Source: Hormiphora californensis
Taxonomy: Eukaryota > Animalia > Ctenophora
Direction of reading: 5' to 3'
Assembly: GCA_020137815.1 (NCBI GenBank)
Contig: CM035353.1
Coordinates: 310,001 to 374,000 of the forward strand
Length of the DNA stretch: 64,000 nt
Below are positions 14,199 to 27,400 of the stretch, one piece after another. A program made the translations under genes and the position numbers. The notes beneath the pieces are model-generated. The model ran no database searches, had not been told where the DNA came from, and saw only the letters and a list, made by a program, of their open reading frames with translations. How positions within the stretch are numbered: the first letter of the stretch is position 1; each line of letters begins with the position of its first letter.

Positions 14199-14734
14199 TT
14201 CTCTAATTAAATTCTGATGCTACTAACCTTGCTTGTATTCACAGCTGTTCGACTGAAAATGTCCTGAATCATACTATTTCTTTTCGAGTCATGCTGGTAA
14301 TAAGGAACTATCTATTTCTACAAAGGTACTTGTGACTTGGTGTACCAATCGTTCCCCTTCTTTATCAACTCCTTGGCTAAAGCTCATCACAAAACACTTA
14401 ATGAAGGTATGATACAAGAACTACAGATAGATGAGGATTATCCACTAGATGACACTTGCAGATGGATAAATTTCGAAAACCTTCACCAACAGTAAATTAT
14501 AATTTGTGAAAACCTGAACTATTACAATGAATTTTCTGCGAGATCAGCACCTCCAATTTGAAGTTGTACAAACAGCTACGGAATCAAACAACTTATCGCA
14601 TGGTATTTGAAAATCGATGAGTTTATAACAAATTTTAAGGACAGTACCTTTAACGAGTTTTCCAATTCAATAATTAACTCCAAAAATATTGCTGACTTTC
14701 TAGAACTCAGTCGATTGTTTGCTTCAAAGAAATT

Positions 14735-15900
14735 ATAATACGTCTCATAATCTCGCCAATTCCAATAGGTCTAACACCTGGTTTCTTGTCTAATCCTATC
14801 AATCTACAAGCTAATAATGAATTAAGAGTCCCTGTATCAACAAATTCAACGCATAATCGTCTCGTCATCCTTGCTATAGATTCGCTCAGTTCGTTCGTAC
14901 TGTTGCCAAAAGATTTCGATGTCAACATGCGTCTCCATAGATTGTTATCCATCCCACTTGGTCCGCACCCTCCTTTAGTATACATTGCTGCCCTTCGTAT
15001 CCTCCCTCCATCAAGTTGCTCAAATGTTCCAGGTTCGACTGTTGGGTGCATCGTGGTTGATACTAATCGTTCTACAGCAATTCTCTGGGCCGGTGGATGT
15101 TTTTTCTTCAGTTCGTCTATCAGTTGAGGTGTTACTTGCAGTGGGCCTCCTTGTGCTGTTCTGAGTAGTCTGAGAGCTGCTGCCACTCTCCCTACCAACA
15201 TTAGTCTTGAGAATGCAAGATTAGTGTCGGTTTTGTTTCCTGCTGTTGATGAGTTTAGCCTACCCTGAATGGCAGTGGCTTCTGATAATAGCTGATAAAA
15301 CTGCCCATCTTTCCATTTTTCCAATCTTTTGGTCAAGAGGTCAAAGTGATCTTTGTGTTTACTGTTTTTTTCGCGGTTTCTGTAACAGCAAGGCGCCACT
15401 TACATGAATGGCTGTTAGAGCGATACCCTGTAGATCAGTTTTGTCCGTCCATTTATCACATAAATCTTTGATCATCTCAATGTAGTCCTTTCCAGCCTTA
15501 CCATTGGGTAATGTAAACAAGTTAGGTCGGAAAGAGGACACCTTCTCGTGAATTTCGTTGAGTGTTGACTCTAGGTTGCCTTGAAAATTTCCCCACTTTA
15601 GCTCAATTTTGTAGTAACTTTGTCAAAAGAATGGAATCTGTCTGCAAGTGATACATTCCCAGTGTGTTCCGTACCTTCCGATGTTTTTGAATGTTGCATC
15701 GTTGATGTTAGCACATTTGCAATGAACCACAATTGACACCCATCACATTGGACGCCGTTGTCTACTGTTTTACTACACTCGGGACATTTTTTCCACTGAC
15801 TCCATGTTGTTTTGTGAGTCTGGTAGATATCTCCTAGCAGATCCATTAGTTGGGCTTTCTTCATTCTCTGCGAGTACTGGATTCATGTTCATCTAGTAGA
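14735..15900 (-). mobile_element. Truncated, frameshifted CRE-like (RLE-type) non-LTR retrotransposon with N-terminal PHD-like finger
   Basis: ORF 14707-15399 has GGCGPSGMD and ACRLIGLDKKPGVRPIGIGEIMRRII, the RT N-terminal region typical of CRE-clade elements, and is cut off right after it. ORF 15359-15541 has NLFTLPNGKAGKDYI. ORF 15598-15864 has CPECSKTVDNGVQCDGCQLWF. Confidence 0.8.
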
Positions 15901-16819
15901 GCCCGAATTTGATTTAATTCCTTCAGTCTTGTTCCACTCATTATCGACAGCAAAAATTTGTAGGAATGGGTGCTCCTTCATAAAACATTTTATGCAACCA
16001 AAGCTGTTAAAAAACTGTTGCTCACACTTTTGGAACTTCCAGTGGAATTTCTTATTATTTTCGAATGAGTTTTAACAATTCATTCCCCATAGTTACCACT
16101 TCAGGTTGCCATGGCAACCGTGTTATATCCGTTAAAAGTGGCAAAAACAACCACACGGCGAAGCCCTGTGGGTTATCAAAAAGCCCTCACTTGGGGCGCA
16201 CCAATGGGTGCGCTAGTAAATATAAATTTGAGCATTTCTCGAACTTAGATTGTTTCAGGAGGTTTTGTCCTCGGAGCACTTCAACTTTCAATGGGACTTT
16301 CTGCCTTTTTCTTGCATCGTTTGAAGTACAGTATCCGGTGGAAATGTGTCCTCTATACTGCTCAGTAGCGAGTGTGGCGACCCTTGCAACCTGTTTAGTG
16401 GACTTAACTGACCAAACATGGGCCATTTTCACCATTCTGGGTTTAGCAAGGTTTTTCCAGGGGATTGGAATGGCCGGACTTTTTCTACTGGTTCAGGTAT
16501 AATATTTTAGTAATTAATTGTTTTGTGTGTTTTCGATCCTATTGATGTATTTAAATTGCTACTTATCTGTATGATTTGATCTAACCGATTGTTTTGTAGG
16601 ATGCTTATTGTATTGGGAGAACTATAGAGAACCATGGGGTGATCGTACCGATTGCAAATTTAGAGAAAACTTCGTTCCCTGTCCCTGTGCCGGCCGATTA
16701 TGAGACGTAGCTCGGTAGAAAACTCAGCAAACACCATCGAGTCAACTACTCAATTTGCACGTGAAAATTATCCAATACAGTTTGCATTTAATATAGTTAG
16801 ATGAGCCATTCGAATTCAA

Positions 16820-18646
16820 GGGTCAGTCCACAGGGTCAACTTGGGTTTGTGTTGAGTCTCCTTGGTGTGGGGACCCCTGGGTGTGGTTTAGATTTTTGAC
16901 TGCTTGACTACTATTCCGGGTGCACTTACTGCGTCTCGGTCAAACTTGACTGACTATTCGCAGTGCTTAAGGGTACGCTAACCAAAATTTTTTTCGAGTG
17001 CAGGGCAATCTCTCACCGTAGGGTTGTAGGCCATGCCAAGGAGACCTCAAATATGCAATTTGAGCTCTCAAGTCGAATTCATATTTTTGCTACAGCTGCT
17101 TGAAAAATGAACTGAAAATGAGTTTTTGGCATCTCAAAAATACATTTGTAAGATAGGATCATAAAATTTGTGGATTTGAGAGGGAACAAAGAGGTGAGTA
17201 GCCACAAAAAATTTTTTTGAAATCGGAGCTGATTTCCGGTCCTGAGGTGGATTTCTTTTTTTGACTTTAACGCCATATTTGGCCAAGTTCCGCAAATACG
17301 TGGAAACTGTAAATTGGGTCAAAAGTTGCGTCTAACGATTCTCTATATGGCCATAAATTTTGGGCGCGTCCTTATTTGAGGTGTGTCGTACAGATCGAAA
17401 AGTGTAAGGCTCGTTTTTATTGAAAATTAGCATTTTTGTGTAACAGTTTTTGACGTCTCAATAATACATTTTAGAGATAGGAGCATGAAAATTTGGGGAT
17501 TTGGAGAGGACATGGAGGTGAACAGCCGCAAAAAAGTTTTATTTAATCCTAGCTGATTTCCGGTCCTGATATATTGATAATTTCACTGTTTTTACACACC
17601 CCCATAAAATGCATATAGGTACTTCGTTAGTGATGAAAATTTGTCAAAAGTTCCGTCATACCCTTGCCTACGTACTGACAAAATATTAGCGTTAACTCTC
17701 AAACGATGTACCCTACAGAGCTAGATTTGTGTACCAAGGTGTTCTGGGAAATCTGTATAAAAACCAATGATTCTTGTGGCTGTATAACAAAAATAGAAAA
17801 TACTCAAATTACAAACAAAACCAAAAACAATTCAAAAATTTCCACATCAATTCACCTCCATGTCCTCTCCAAATCCCCAAATTTTCATGCTCCTATCTCT
17901 AAAAATGTATTATTGAGGACGTCAAAAACTGTTACACAAAAAATGCTAATTTTCAATAAAAACGAGCCTTACACTTTTCGATCTGTACGACACACCTCAA
18001 ATAAGGACGCGCCCAAAATTTATGGCCATATAGAGAATCGTTAGACGCAACTTTTGACCAATTTACAGTTTCCACGTATTTGCGGAACTTGGCCAAATAT
18101 GGCGTTAAAGGTCAAAAAAAAGAAATTCCACCTCAGGACCGGAAATCAGCTCCGATTTCAAAAAAATTTTTTGTGGCTACTCACCTCTTTGTCCTCTTCA
18201 AATCCACAAATTTTTATGATCCTATCTTTACAAATGTATTTTTGAGATGCCAAAAACTCATTTTCAGTTCATTTTTCAAGCAGCTGTAGCTAAAAATATG
18301 AATTCGACTTGAGAGCTCAAATTGCATATTTGAGGTCTCCTTGGCATGGCCTACAACCCTACGGTGAGAGATTGCCCTGCACTCGAAAAAAAATTTTGGT
18401 TAGCGTACCCTTAAAACGTGCACGTCTGCACAATGCACATACAGAGGGTCGCGTTGTAAGCACTGCGATTAGTGAGTCAAGTTTGAGCGAGACGCAGTAC
18501 GTGCACCCGGAATACTTAGTGGATTTGACCGAGTCACGTTCCGCCCAAACTAATCGGGCAGTCCAAAATCTAAACCACACCCAGGGGTCCCCACATCAAG
18601 GAAACTCAACACATTCCGAGTTGCAGTTGACCCTGTGCACTGACCC
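16820..18646. mobile_element. Outer palindromic MITE (GGGTCAG...CTGACCC, TCAA/TTAA flanks) interrupted by an inner element
   Basis: 16820-16966 is the imperfect reverse complement of ~18459-18646 (gggtcagtccacagggtcaac / gttgaccctgtgcactgaccc). Confidence 0.8.
16971..18410. mobile_element. Non-autonomous TTAA-targeting DNA transposon with ~550-bp TIRs (Kolobok- or Sola3-like)
   Basis: TTAA at 16967-16970 and 18411-18414; termini GGGTACGCTAACC / GGTTAGCGTACCC; 16971-17522 is the near-perfect reverse complement of 17851-18410; no transposase ORF. Confidence 0.88.
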
Positions 18647-18921
18647 TTAAAATTCTTCTGTGGTGCAATGCCACAGCCCCATAAGTCACAGTATTTTCCT
18701 GATTAATATGTGCCTACAGTCATGGAATTTATCGCATAAAACAAATGTTTTGTCAGGGCGAGATAGTGGATTTACATTTCAAAGATATGCCCATGGAAAT
18801 CGGATTGATAAGTGGCTCTATGCATATCGGAACAATAGCTGGAACATTAATCGGAGCCAAATTATACCAACTCTACTCGTGGATAGCTGTCGGCCTTGGA
18901 ATGGCAGGTATACGCATTGTT

Positions 18922-19603
18922 ATATAGTACATAACGTTCTGCACGCAGTGCAAGCGCGCCATATACGCTCTGCACTGCAGAGCGTATATGGAGGTGAAAT
19001 GCACGACAGCGCAGCTGGAGTGCATTTCACACCTATATTGCACGAGTGTAACGAGTGCGATATAGGAGCGCTTGCAACATGCCGTGCAGGACGTTATTGA
19101 GTATATATTCCGCGCGAGAAAGCACATGACAAAGCAAAACAATGATAATTTTGGGTGATTACACACAGAGAAGATGTGACAAAACAAGGTACAAACTAAG
19201 CAAAACTACACAAAAATACACTTCTACACCTGTACACCACAAGGGAACTCGTTCTGTTAGTTTTAATTAGTGAAAAGAAGAGAGGGATAAAGGGAGAGAT
19301 ACGAGAGAGAGAGAGATTGGAATTCTTGGAAATGGTGATACAACAAAACACGATAAGGGGATAATTAGTGAGAGAAAGAGGGAGAGTGAGTGTAATTTGA
19401 CAGACTTTGTGTCGCTTGGCACTGTGTCAGTCATATTCTGTGTGTTTGTGTGTGAATAAGGTGTAAAACACTGAGGGGACACTGTTCTTACTTATATCCC
19501 GCTACCCCTATATCTGCACGCTCCCGCGGAAGCAGAGTGCATATTTCACCGTGCAAATGGTCGCGCGGAGCGGGAGTGATATGTGCACTCGCGTATATAT
19601 AGT
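18922..19603. mobile_element. ~680-bp insertion bounded by direct repeat TATATAGTA (Crypton-like or 9-bp TSD element)
   Basis: Absent from the matching intron of MFS copy 2 (23056-23205); tatatagta at both ends; GC-rich gcac/gtgc subterminal motifs. Confidence 0.55.
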
Positions 19604-21042
19604 ATTATATCAGAAGATTGAGAAAGTTTCGAGCGATAGGCCAAATAGCAGTTACCAAATATTTGATGGTAGTTACTAAAGTTATAATTTAACCAGGTAT
19701 CTTGCTTCTACCAATCCTGTTTTTACACGTGGCTCCCGAAGTCTCAAGACGAAAACTCTGTAAAAGTAGATATTGTTATGACAAACCCAGTGGCAGAATT
19801 GAAGGATTTGGAATTAACGAAAGTAAAGATTCCCCAGAGGAGAAGGTGGTTGAGACCCCTATAGATCATGTCCGGGAACTTTCAACTGTTCAATCTTTGG
19901 CGTTTGTTCTGCCTGACATTGTACTTTTTGTAACAACCTCTCCTTTATCCTGCTGATAACTGCCATCCCGGAGCGTATGCGCCTGGCTGGTGAAACAAAT
20001 ACCACGAATACCGCCCTAATGGTGAACTTGGTCAATGTGTTCAGCCTTATTCAAGTATCGGTCTAAGCGTTACATCCGGTCAGATTTCCACTGTCTTCTG
20101 GATGATGCTCGGTGGAAACTTCCTCTTTTACAACGGTGCCTCCCTTATGTACTCTTGTACAACCTCCTTCTACTCCTTCCCCGGATCATTTGAGCTGGGG
20201 ACTCTAATTGCCGGGTTCGGAGACGCATCAATAGTGAACATGTGTATCACATACAAGTTCGAACTGTACAGAAGAATGGGGCATGGAGATGAGGAGTCTG
20301 GGAGAGAGGTCCTCCATTGTCTATGCCTTTGTAATGAATATCTCTGCGATTCTTGTGGTGCTATTTCCGGGGTAACAGTACCAGAGAGGTCAGAAAGGGC
20401 CACCCCTGATCGTTACTCTCGGTACTTGGATGTTGATGACTGTACTTCTCGTTGTAACCCCGTCCTTGTGAAGTGAGGATATGGTGCTGATATATAATAT
20501 GTACTGACACTGAAACAGTTCAGTATTCAATCATCATTGCCATCATTAAGGAGTTTTCTTTATTTAAAAAACGAACTTGAATATAATTGAACCTACGGCC
20601 TTCCATAGGAAGATATTCTTTGTTGACTTCCGAACAATTCATTACAAAATTTTTATGACACTATCGCTTATCATATGACTCAAGAGGTATTGAAAGGATG
20701 ACCTGAAAGATGTACCCCAAGATGTATCATGATTTTTGTATTTGCAGTTTAAAACAGAATATCTGCTATTGAATTTCAAAACGAAATTTCAATTCACTAT
20801 AGCAGTTGGTGACGTATATCATTCTTCACTCATTTTCGTACCAGGGGCACATCATGATACATGAATGACAATGTTCATTCCGATCAAAAAATGAACTTTG
20901 AGCTAAAAGTCTGAAATTTTGGTCAACCTATTTATTTGTCTCATAGAGTAACTCTGCCAAATTTTGGCGCTCTACGATATCTGGAACCATGCTAGTCTAG
21001 GGCGGACATTTTTTTATGCCCACCCCTGTATATCTGAGACAT

Positions 21043-21647
21043 GGGGGGGGGGGGGGTCCAGCCCTAAAAAAGCTAAAGGTACCCTGATTTTGGTCGATGG
21101 CTTTTTATGTTGGCTTTTTTTAGCTTTTTTTAGCTTTTTTTAGCCTACTTTTATGTTTTTTCAGCATTCATCTTGACACTTTTCCATTAAATTTTCATCC
21201 TTCCGGACGTCTATTGACTGCATTTGTTCATTTCCTGCACATTTTTTACCATAATCTATACCGTTTATGTCCATACATAGCAATTTCTGTATCCACCCCT
21301 ACTGCCATTTTCTGGAGACATTTTTTCGATAAAAATATATTCAAATTTGATAAAAATAGTTTTAAAAAAGTTCAAAAAACGTTATAAATAAAAGTTTAAA
21401 AAAAATTGGCGTCAGCGGGATTCGAACCTATATGAATCCACTAAAAACTCAATTTTAGCTTTTTTTTAGCTTTTTTTAAGCCTAAAAAAAAGCTAAAAAA
21501 GCTAAATAAGGCTAAAAAAGCTAAAAAAAGCTGAAAAAAGCTAAAAAAGCTAAAAAAAAAAGCTAAAAAAAAGCTAAAAAAAGCTAAAGGTACCCTGATT
21601 TGGCCGATAGCTTAGCTTTTTTAGGGCTGGACCCCCCCCCCCCCCCC
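21043..21647. mobile_element. MITE with poly-G/poly-C TIRs (GnTCCAGCCCTAAAAAAGCTA) and internal (AAAAAAGCT)n arrays
   Basis: TIRs at 21043-21075 and ~21613-21647; putative 6-bp TSD agacat (21037-21042 / 21648-21653); followed by a 14-bp tandem repeat gagacatctgattt. Confidence 0.8.
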
Positions 21648-22388
21648 AGACATCTGATTTGAGACATCTGATTTGAGACACCTGATTTGAGACAACCTGA
21701 TTTGAGACATCTGATCATGTAGATAGGCCAAAATGTTGTGCTGTATGAACAATACAACCAAAATGGAGATAAGACCAGGAACGTGTTCACTGTTCAGGGT
21801 GTCCTAATACACCTTTTGACCAATTTTGGTGAGCTTGTGGTGATTAAAGATAAAATAAAAATTTTGATATTATATCTACATGCACATAAACCACTTTCAA
21901 AATTACATTTACAAATTTTGTTGAATTGAGGTTCAAGCCTCAACTCTGACGCTGACGAATGTTTCATAACATATATTATCTCTCTCAACATACGTGCCGA
22001 TTTCTCTATCCATGGGACAATGCGACTATAATTGGACGCCGCAGCATTATGTTTGAATTGGCGGCATGCTGCCATAATAAGATAATAGCTCTCAATACGG
22101 TCCCTATTGAGAGCTATTATCTTTCCATCGCAGCATCCAATAGTCGGATTGTCCCATCTCAACATGCTTTCTCACTAATGACTAATGAGATAATATTCCA
22201 CCTAAAACCGCACTATAGCCTTACCCCATTCCCAATCCGATACTATATTAATACACAATAACCAAGGATATAATACTGACGAGCTGTTAGCTAGTCGACC
22301 TGTGATACGAACTTTGTTTGACCCTTTGTTCTCCAAGAAACCCCTCAAAAATTGGGGGCTGAAATTATATCCTATTCCCTTATTAGTC

Positions 22389-23954
22389 ATGCCTTTTATA
22401 ACCGAAAATGTATTTTATCTGGCGTTTGCTTGCTTTGGTAACGTTGTGGTCAATTCATGCCGTACTCACACGGCCATGTTTCAACTTGAATATTTCCGAA
22501 CCCAGAACCTGAACGATGTTGCTGGTATGTAACTCCACTTGCCGAGCCATTATACACGCATATATAATGCCTATTGATATTAACTTGAGCATTTCTCGAA
22601 CTTTGTTTCAGGAGGTTTTTTCCTCGGAGCACTTCATCTTTCTATGGGACTCTCCGCATTTTTCCTGCATCGTTTGAAGTACAGTATCCGGTGGAAATGT
22701 GTCCTCTACTGCTCAATAGCGAGTGTAGCGACCCTTGCAACCTGTTTAGTGGACCTAACTGACCAAACATGGGCCATTTTCACCATTCTGGGTTTAGCAA
22801 GGTTTCTCCAGGGGATTGGAATGGCCGGACTTTTTCTACTGGTTCAGGTATTTAATATGCTACCTGGTCATGGGTTTTATCGCATAAAACAAATGTTTTA
22901 TCAGGGCGAGATAGTGGATTTACACTTCAAAGATCGGCCCATGGAAATCGGATTAATAAGTGGCTCTATGCATATCGGAACAATAGCTGGAACATTAATC
23001 GCAGCCGAGTTATACCAACTCTACTCGTGGATAGCTGTCGGCCTTGGAATGGCAGGTAAACGCTTCAATTCCTTGTTTTGAAACCCTTTTAATTTCATGA
23101 GATTGAGAGAGTTTCGAGAATTTTCTGAAAACAATGGTGGCCACCTTTCCAGCCAACTAATTTCTGTTACCAAATATTTGACCATAATAGAGTTAATTTA
23201 ACCAGGTATCTTTCTTCTACCAATCCTGTTTTTACCGTGGCTTCCGAAGTTTCCCGACAAAAACTATGCAAAAGTCGATATTGTGGATACAGAATCAACG
23301 AAAAGTAGGCCTTCCTCAGAGGAAAAGAAGTTGTTGGTTGAGACCCCGATAGATAAACTTTCAACTATTCAATCTATGGCGTTTGTTCTGCCTGACATTG
23401 TACTTTTTGTAAACAACCTCTCCTTTATCCTGCTGATAACTGCCATCCCGGAGCGTATGCGCCTGGCTGGTGAAACAAATACCACGAATACCGCCCTAAT
23501 GGTGAACTTGGTCAATGTGTTCAGCCTTATTTCAAGTATCGGTCTAAGCGTTACATCCGGTCAGATTTCCACTGTCTTCTGGATGATGCTCGGTGGAAAC
23601 TTCCTCTTTTACAACGGTGCCTCCCTTATGTACTCTTGTACAACCTCCTTCTATTCCTTCCCCGGATCATTTGAGTTGGGGACTCTAATTGCCGGGTTCG
23701 GAGACGCATCAATAGTGAACATGTGTATCACATACAAGTTCGAACTGTACAGAAGATGGGGCGTGGAGATGAGGAGTCTGGGAGAGAGGTCCTCCATTGT
23801 CTATGCCTTTGTAATGAATATCTCTGCGATTCTTGGTGGTGCTATTTCCGGGGTAACAGTACCAGAGAGGTCAGAAAGGGCCACCCTGATCGTTACTCTT
23901 GGTACTTGGATGTTGATGACTGTACTTCTCATTGTACCCCGTCTTGTGAAGTGA
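22389..23954 (+). CDS. MFS-type multi-pass membrane transporter (~423 aa; exons 22389-22524, 22612-22847, 22905-23055, 23206-23954)
   Basis: Four GT-AG exons splice into a continuous 1272-nt frame from ATG to TGA. About 12 hydrophobic segments in two halves joined by a charged loop (ESTKSRPSSEEKK); LARFLQGIG resembles MFS motif B (RxxQG). Confidence 0.8.
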
Positions 23955-24481
23955 GGATGTGGTCCTGATATATGTACTGACACTGACACATTTTAGTGTG
24001 CAATCATCATTGCCATCATTAATGATTTTTCTTTATTTTAGCATTACAACAGTAAAGAAAAGAATCATAATTCGGACTCGAATATTTAAAGTTAACCTAC
24101 GCCCTCCATAGGAAGATATTCTTCTTAATTGTTGACTTCCGAACAATTCATTACAACATTTTTATGACACTGTCGTTTATCTTGACTCATATTAGAATGT
24201 GTGATAACAGCCTATGAGTATGTCATTTTTTGACGAGCAGATGTGGTATGTGTTCATGATATCTGATCAGAGGTACGTCATTGGCTCATTGGCGAATAAT
24301 TGGAAATCTCATTTCCTTCGATTGCAAATTCTCTTCCAGACATGTCTCGCTCAGTCATGTCTTTCTCTCACAATCTTTCTCTCTTGCTCTCTCTCGCTCT
24401 CTCTCCTTCTATCTCTCTATATCTCTCTCTGTCTCTGTCTCTCTCTCTATCGTTAAATCATTGTCTCACTATTTTCACTAT

Positions 24482-27400
24482 CTTCACCACACAACACACA
24501 AACACACATGTGTGCTCTTAGATTTCTACTCATTTCGTTAGTTATAATATCTCGTAAAGAGAGATCTCTTATCCATGTGTGTATGTTTCTGTCTGTGCAT
24601 GCAATTCTACAAAATACAGCAATTCCTGGTGTCTCGTAATATGCCACTCTGCACGCTGCACGTGTCCATTAATAAACATATTATTTTCAATGATAATTGG
24701 CAATTACGTTCACCAACTTTAGCGATGGTTATTTCATATAATGTACTTGAATCGTTCGAAGTCAGTTACCATTTGGGCGGTGATGTTCCACGGCAATTTT
24801 TTAATTACGGATTAAATCAATGTGATCTGTATTGGTAGGGGATTACCAGTAATCTTGCGTAATCGCGGAGTGCGACCACAAAAGATTCCATGGCAGATGC
24901 AGAGGAAGGAAGAAAGATAGATAGATAGGTAGATATAGATAGAGAGAGAGCGCGGCGAGAGACAGATAAATACAGAGAGAGAAATATAGAGACAGGGCTA
25001 GTGAGTCAAAGAAAGATTCTCCAATTATATCACTCTAATAGATCACTTCCATAGTATAGAGAGAGTATGCTACAGCAATCTTTATATAATAATCTCTATT
25101 ATACACTGCACACTTGTGAACCGGTCTGCTTCATGGAGCATGTTGTATATCTCACAAGTCAATATGGTCACGGTCAAAAAGTCTGCTGAAAATCGATATA
25201 ATTTTGAATTTACTCAATCGTGGATAAGATCCTCTCCATGGACAAATTTTTCGAACTCAACCCACTCAAAATTGTTCAAATTTTATCAATCTGAAAAGTC
25301 CAATATAATTGCTTTATCTGTTTCTCTGTAATCAGCACTTAAAAAGTGTGGATAACAAATCGTGTGGATAACGGGCTCAACCGCATGATGATCGTGCTAG
25401 CAATATGAAATTTCAGTATACACAAGAATGGGTACTCACAATATGAATTATTTTGGTTTTATCTATTTTTTTACTCAACTTGTGTGGATAACATCAGTTT
25501 CCATCATAAATCGTTACTCAACCGTATGAAAGAGAATACATTTGGTATTTATTTCGGGTTTATTGGCTAGGGCTAACATTTTTCTTGGAAAATAAGATTC
25601 CACGTTAACAAAAGGATAACTCAACCGGTGTGGATAACCATTTTTGTATCCTTTGATCAGCATTAGACATTTCGATTCTCATTTATCCACATCGATTGAG
25701 TAAGTTATATGGCCAGGAAATTACATGTAGACACCAACCTCAACCAACAAGAACAGTTTCCGAGCAAAAATTAACTCAACCGGTGTGGATAACGTCTCTT
25801 TACTGTTTAGAAGATTTTAGCAGAAAATCGAAGTTATCCACACTTGTTGAGTATCGAATTGGAGCTAATCTAGCTTGTCCATCGATTAGGTATCGATTAG
25901 GAATATTTCACAAGTTGAGTAACCAAAATTGTGGATAATTTACGCATCGTCAAGTTTGGGAGGCTGTGTATCCACAATGGTTGAGTAAAACTTGCTCAAC
26001 CGTATGTGACGAGGTTCCCACAAAAATTATTATTGCAGTTATCCACAAAATGGAGGCATAGCTACAAAGATTACTCAACCAGGTGGATATTCATAAAACT
26101 TGTGTTTTTATCCACACTGGTTGAGCAATTGATTTAATTATTTAAAATTAATATAATTTAAACATATTTTGACCTGCTTACAAAATTTTAACTTTCTAGA
26201 AGGTGTCTAAGTGGTCTAAAAATTGGTTTCAATAATTTTGGTCGATTTTTCGAAACCCAAAATATCGAAATTTCAGCAGACTTTTTGACCGTGACCATAT
26301 ACCATTATACCACTGTCCACTATATACTAGTTTCCTGCCGTCAGGTAGGTACGTGTGCCGCCCTCTATACAATATAGTTAGTATAATTAGTAAGTACTCT
26401 GTAAGTACTACTTACTCAACATCTCTCTATGAAACAGAATATAAGGGAAATCTACCCCAGTGAGAGGTGACTATTTTATAGTGTGCTGATCTATATAGTG
26501 ATTTCTAGTATTTTGACCCAGTATCATTATTAATAGACTTGGAGTATAGAGATTGGTTCTATTATACTATACACTCTACTAGCTAGTTTGACAGTTTGTT
26601 ACATATTTTCTTATATATAATGGGCTATTTTTCATCATTCTCCAATTCTAGATCAAAGGCAGATTCCAACCTTTCTTTAGAACATGTTTCTGATCTTTGA
26701 TCATTCTGGTTTCCGGATTAAACTAGAATAAATCAGATCTGGCCTGTAATTTCAACTAGAATAGACCAAATGTTGTTGCTCCCTCCTGTTTATAATTGTT
26801 TTCCCCTACTAGTAGGAAATTCCATGCGACCATGCACGTACAATTATATGCAAAATGTCCTCCGACTAGCTCGTACAAGACAAGTCAGCTATTATTATAT
26901 GTCTCTATATGAATGTATTTAGCTCTGTAGATGCCATAGAATAATTCGTAGCAATTGTAAGATTCAAATATAAAATTAGAAATTAGATCGATTTCTTTTG
27001 ACAGCTATAAAGAATCAGCAGCGATTTGTTGTGTTGGTCTGAATAATTCTATAACTTGTTTATGTTGAACTTCATTTACTGCCAATTATCTGAATCATAG
27101 TGTATAACTAAATTGCTCTGTTTAATTTTGTCAATAGAAATTTTTAGGGTTACAATTATACAATTGATGATCATGATCAAGTCGCTCAAATGAAGAATGG
27201 ATTTCAGAGAACTTCATAGAATTGTTTCTCGTAATATTCTTATTGTCTCGATAGTAAACAACTAGCTAATATATAATTTATAACCTTACATATATAGCCC
27301 TATATATAAGCTGTGTAGCTCCCTGCTCCAATCTCATTTAATACACAGTTTATTTGAATTGAGAGTTGCAGGGGGTCCCAATTGCACCTCGCGTGTGTCT

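Larger units (their letters stand above)
16259..20476 (+). pseudogene. Disrupted paralog of the MFS-type transporter at 22389-23954 (exons 16259-16496, ~18757-18907, ~19697-20476)
   Basis: Exons align with copy 2. No exon-1 equivalent is found upstream, exon 2 has a 2-bp TA insertion (ctctatactgc vs ctctactgc), the last exon has several indels, and the introns are expanded by TE insertions. Confidence 0.75.

Noticed and set aside
12909-14210. ORFs rich in SLSLSL/ERERER (also at 27366-28591, 46158-46657, 51555-52419, 55332-55593, 60639-61078, 63513-63812)
   Set aside because: Translations of (CT)n/(GA)n microsatellites.
17079-18650. Mirror-image ORFs within foldback elements
   Set aside because: Artefacts of inverted repeats; no transposase motifs.
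21406-21428. tRNA gene
   Set aside because: Only the T-arm and 3' acceptor strand are present; no D-arm or anticodon arm.
25340-26120. Bacterial oriC or contamination suggested by the DnaA-box cluster
   Set aside because: Bounded by perfect TIRs and a TSD with an empty paralogous site; no dnaA or other bacterial genes nearby.
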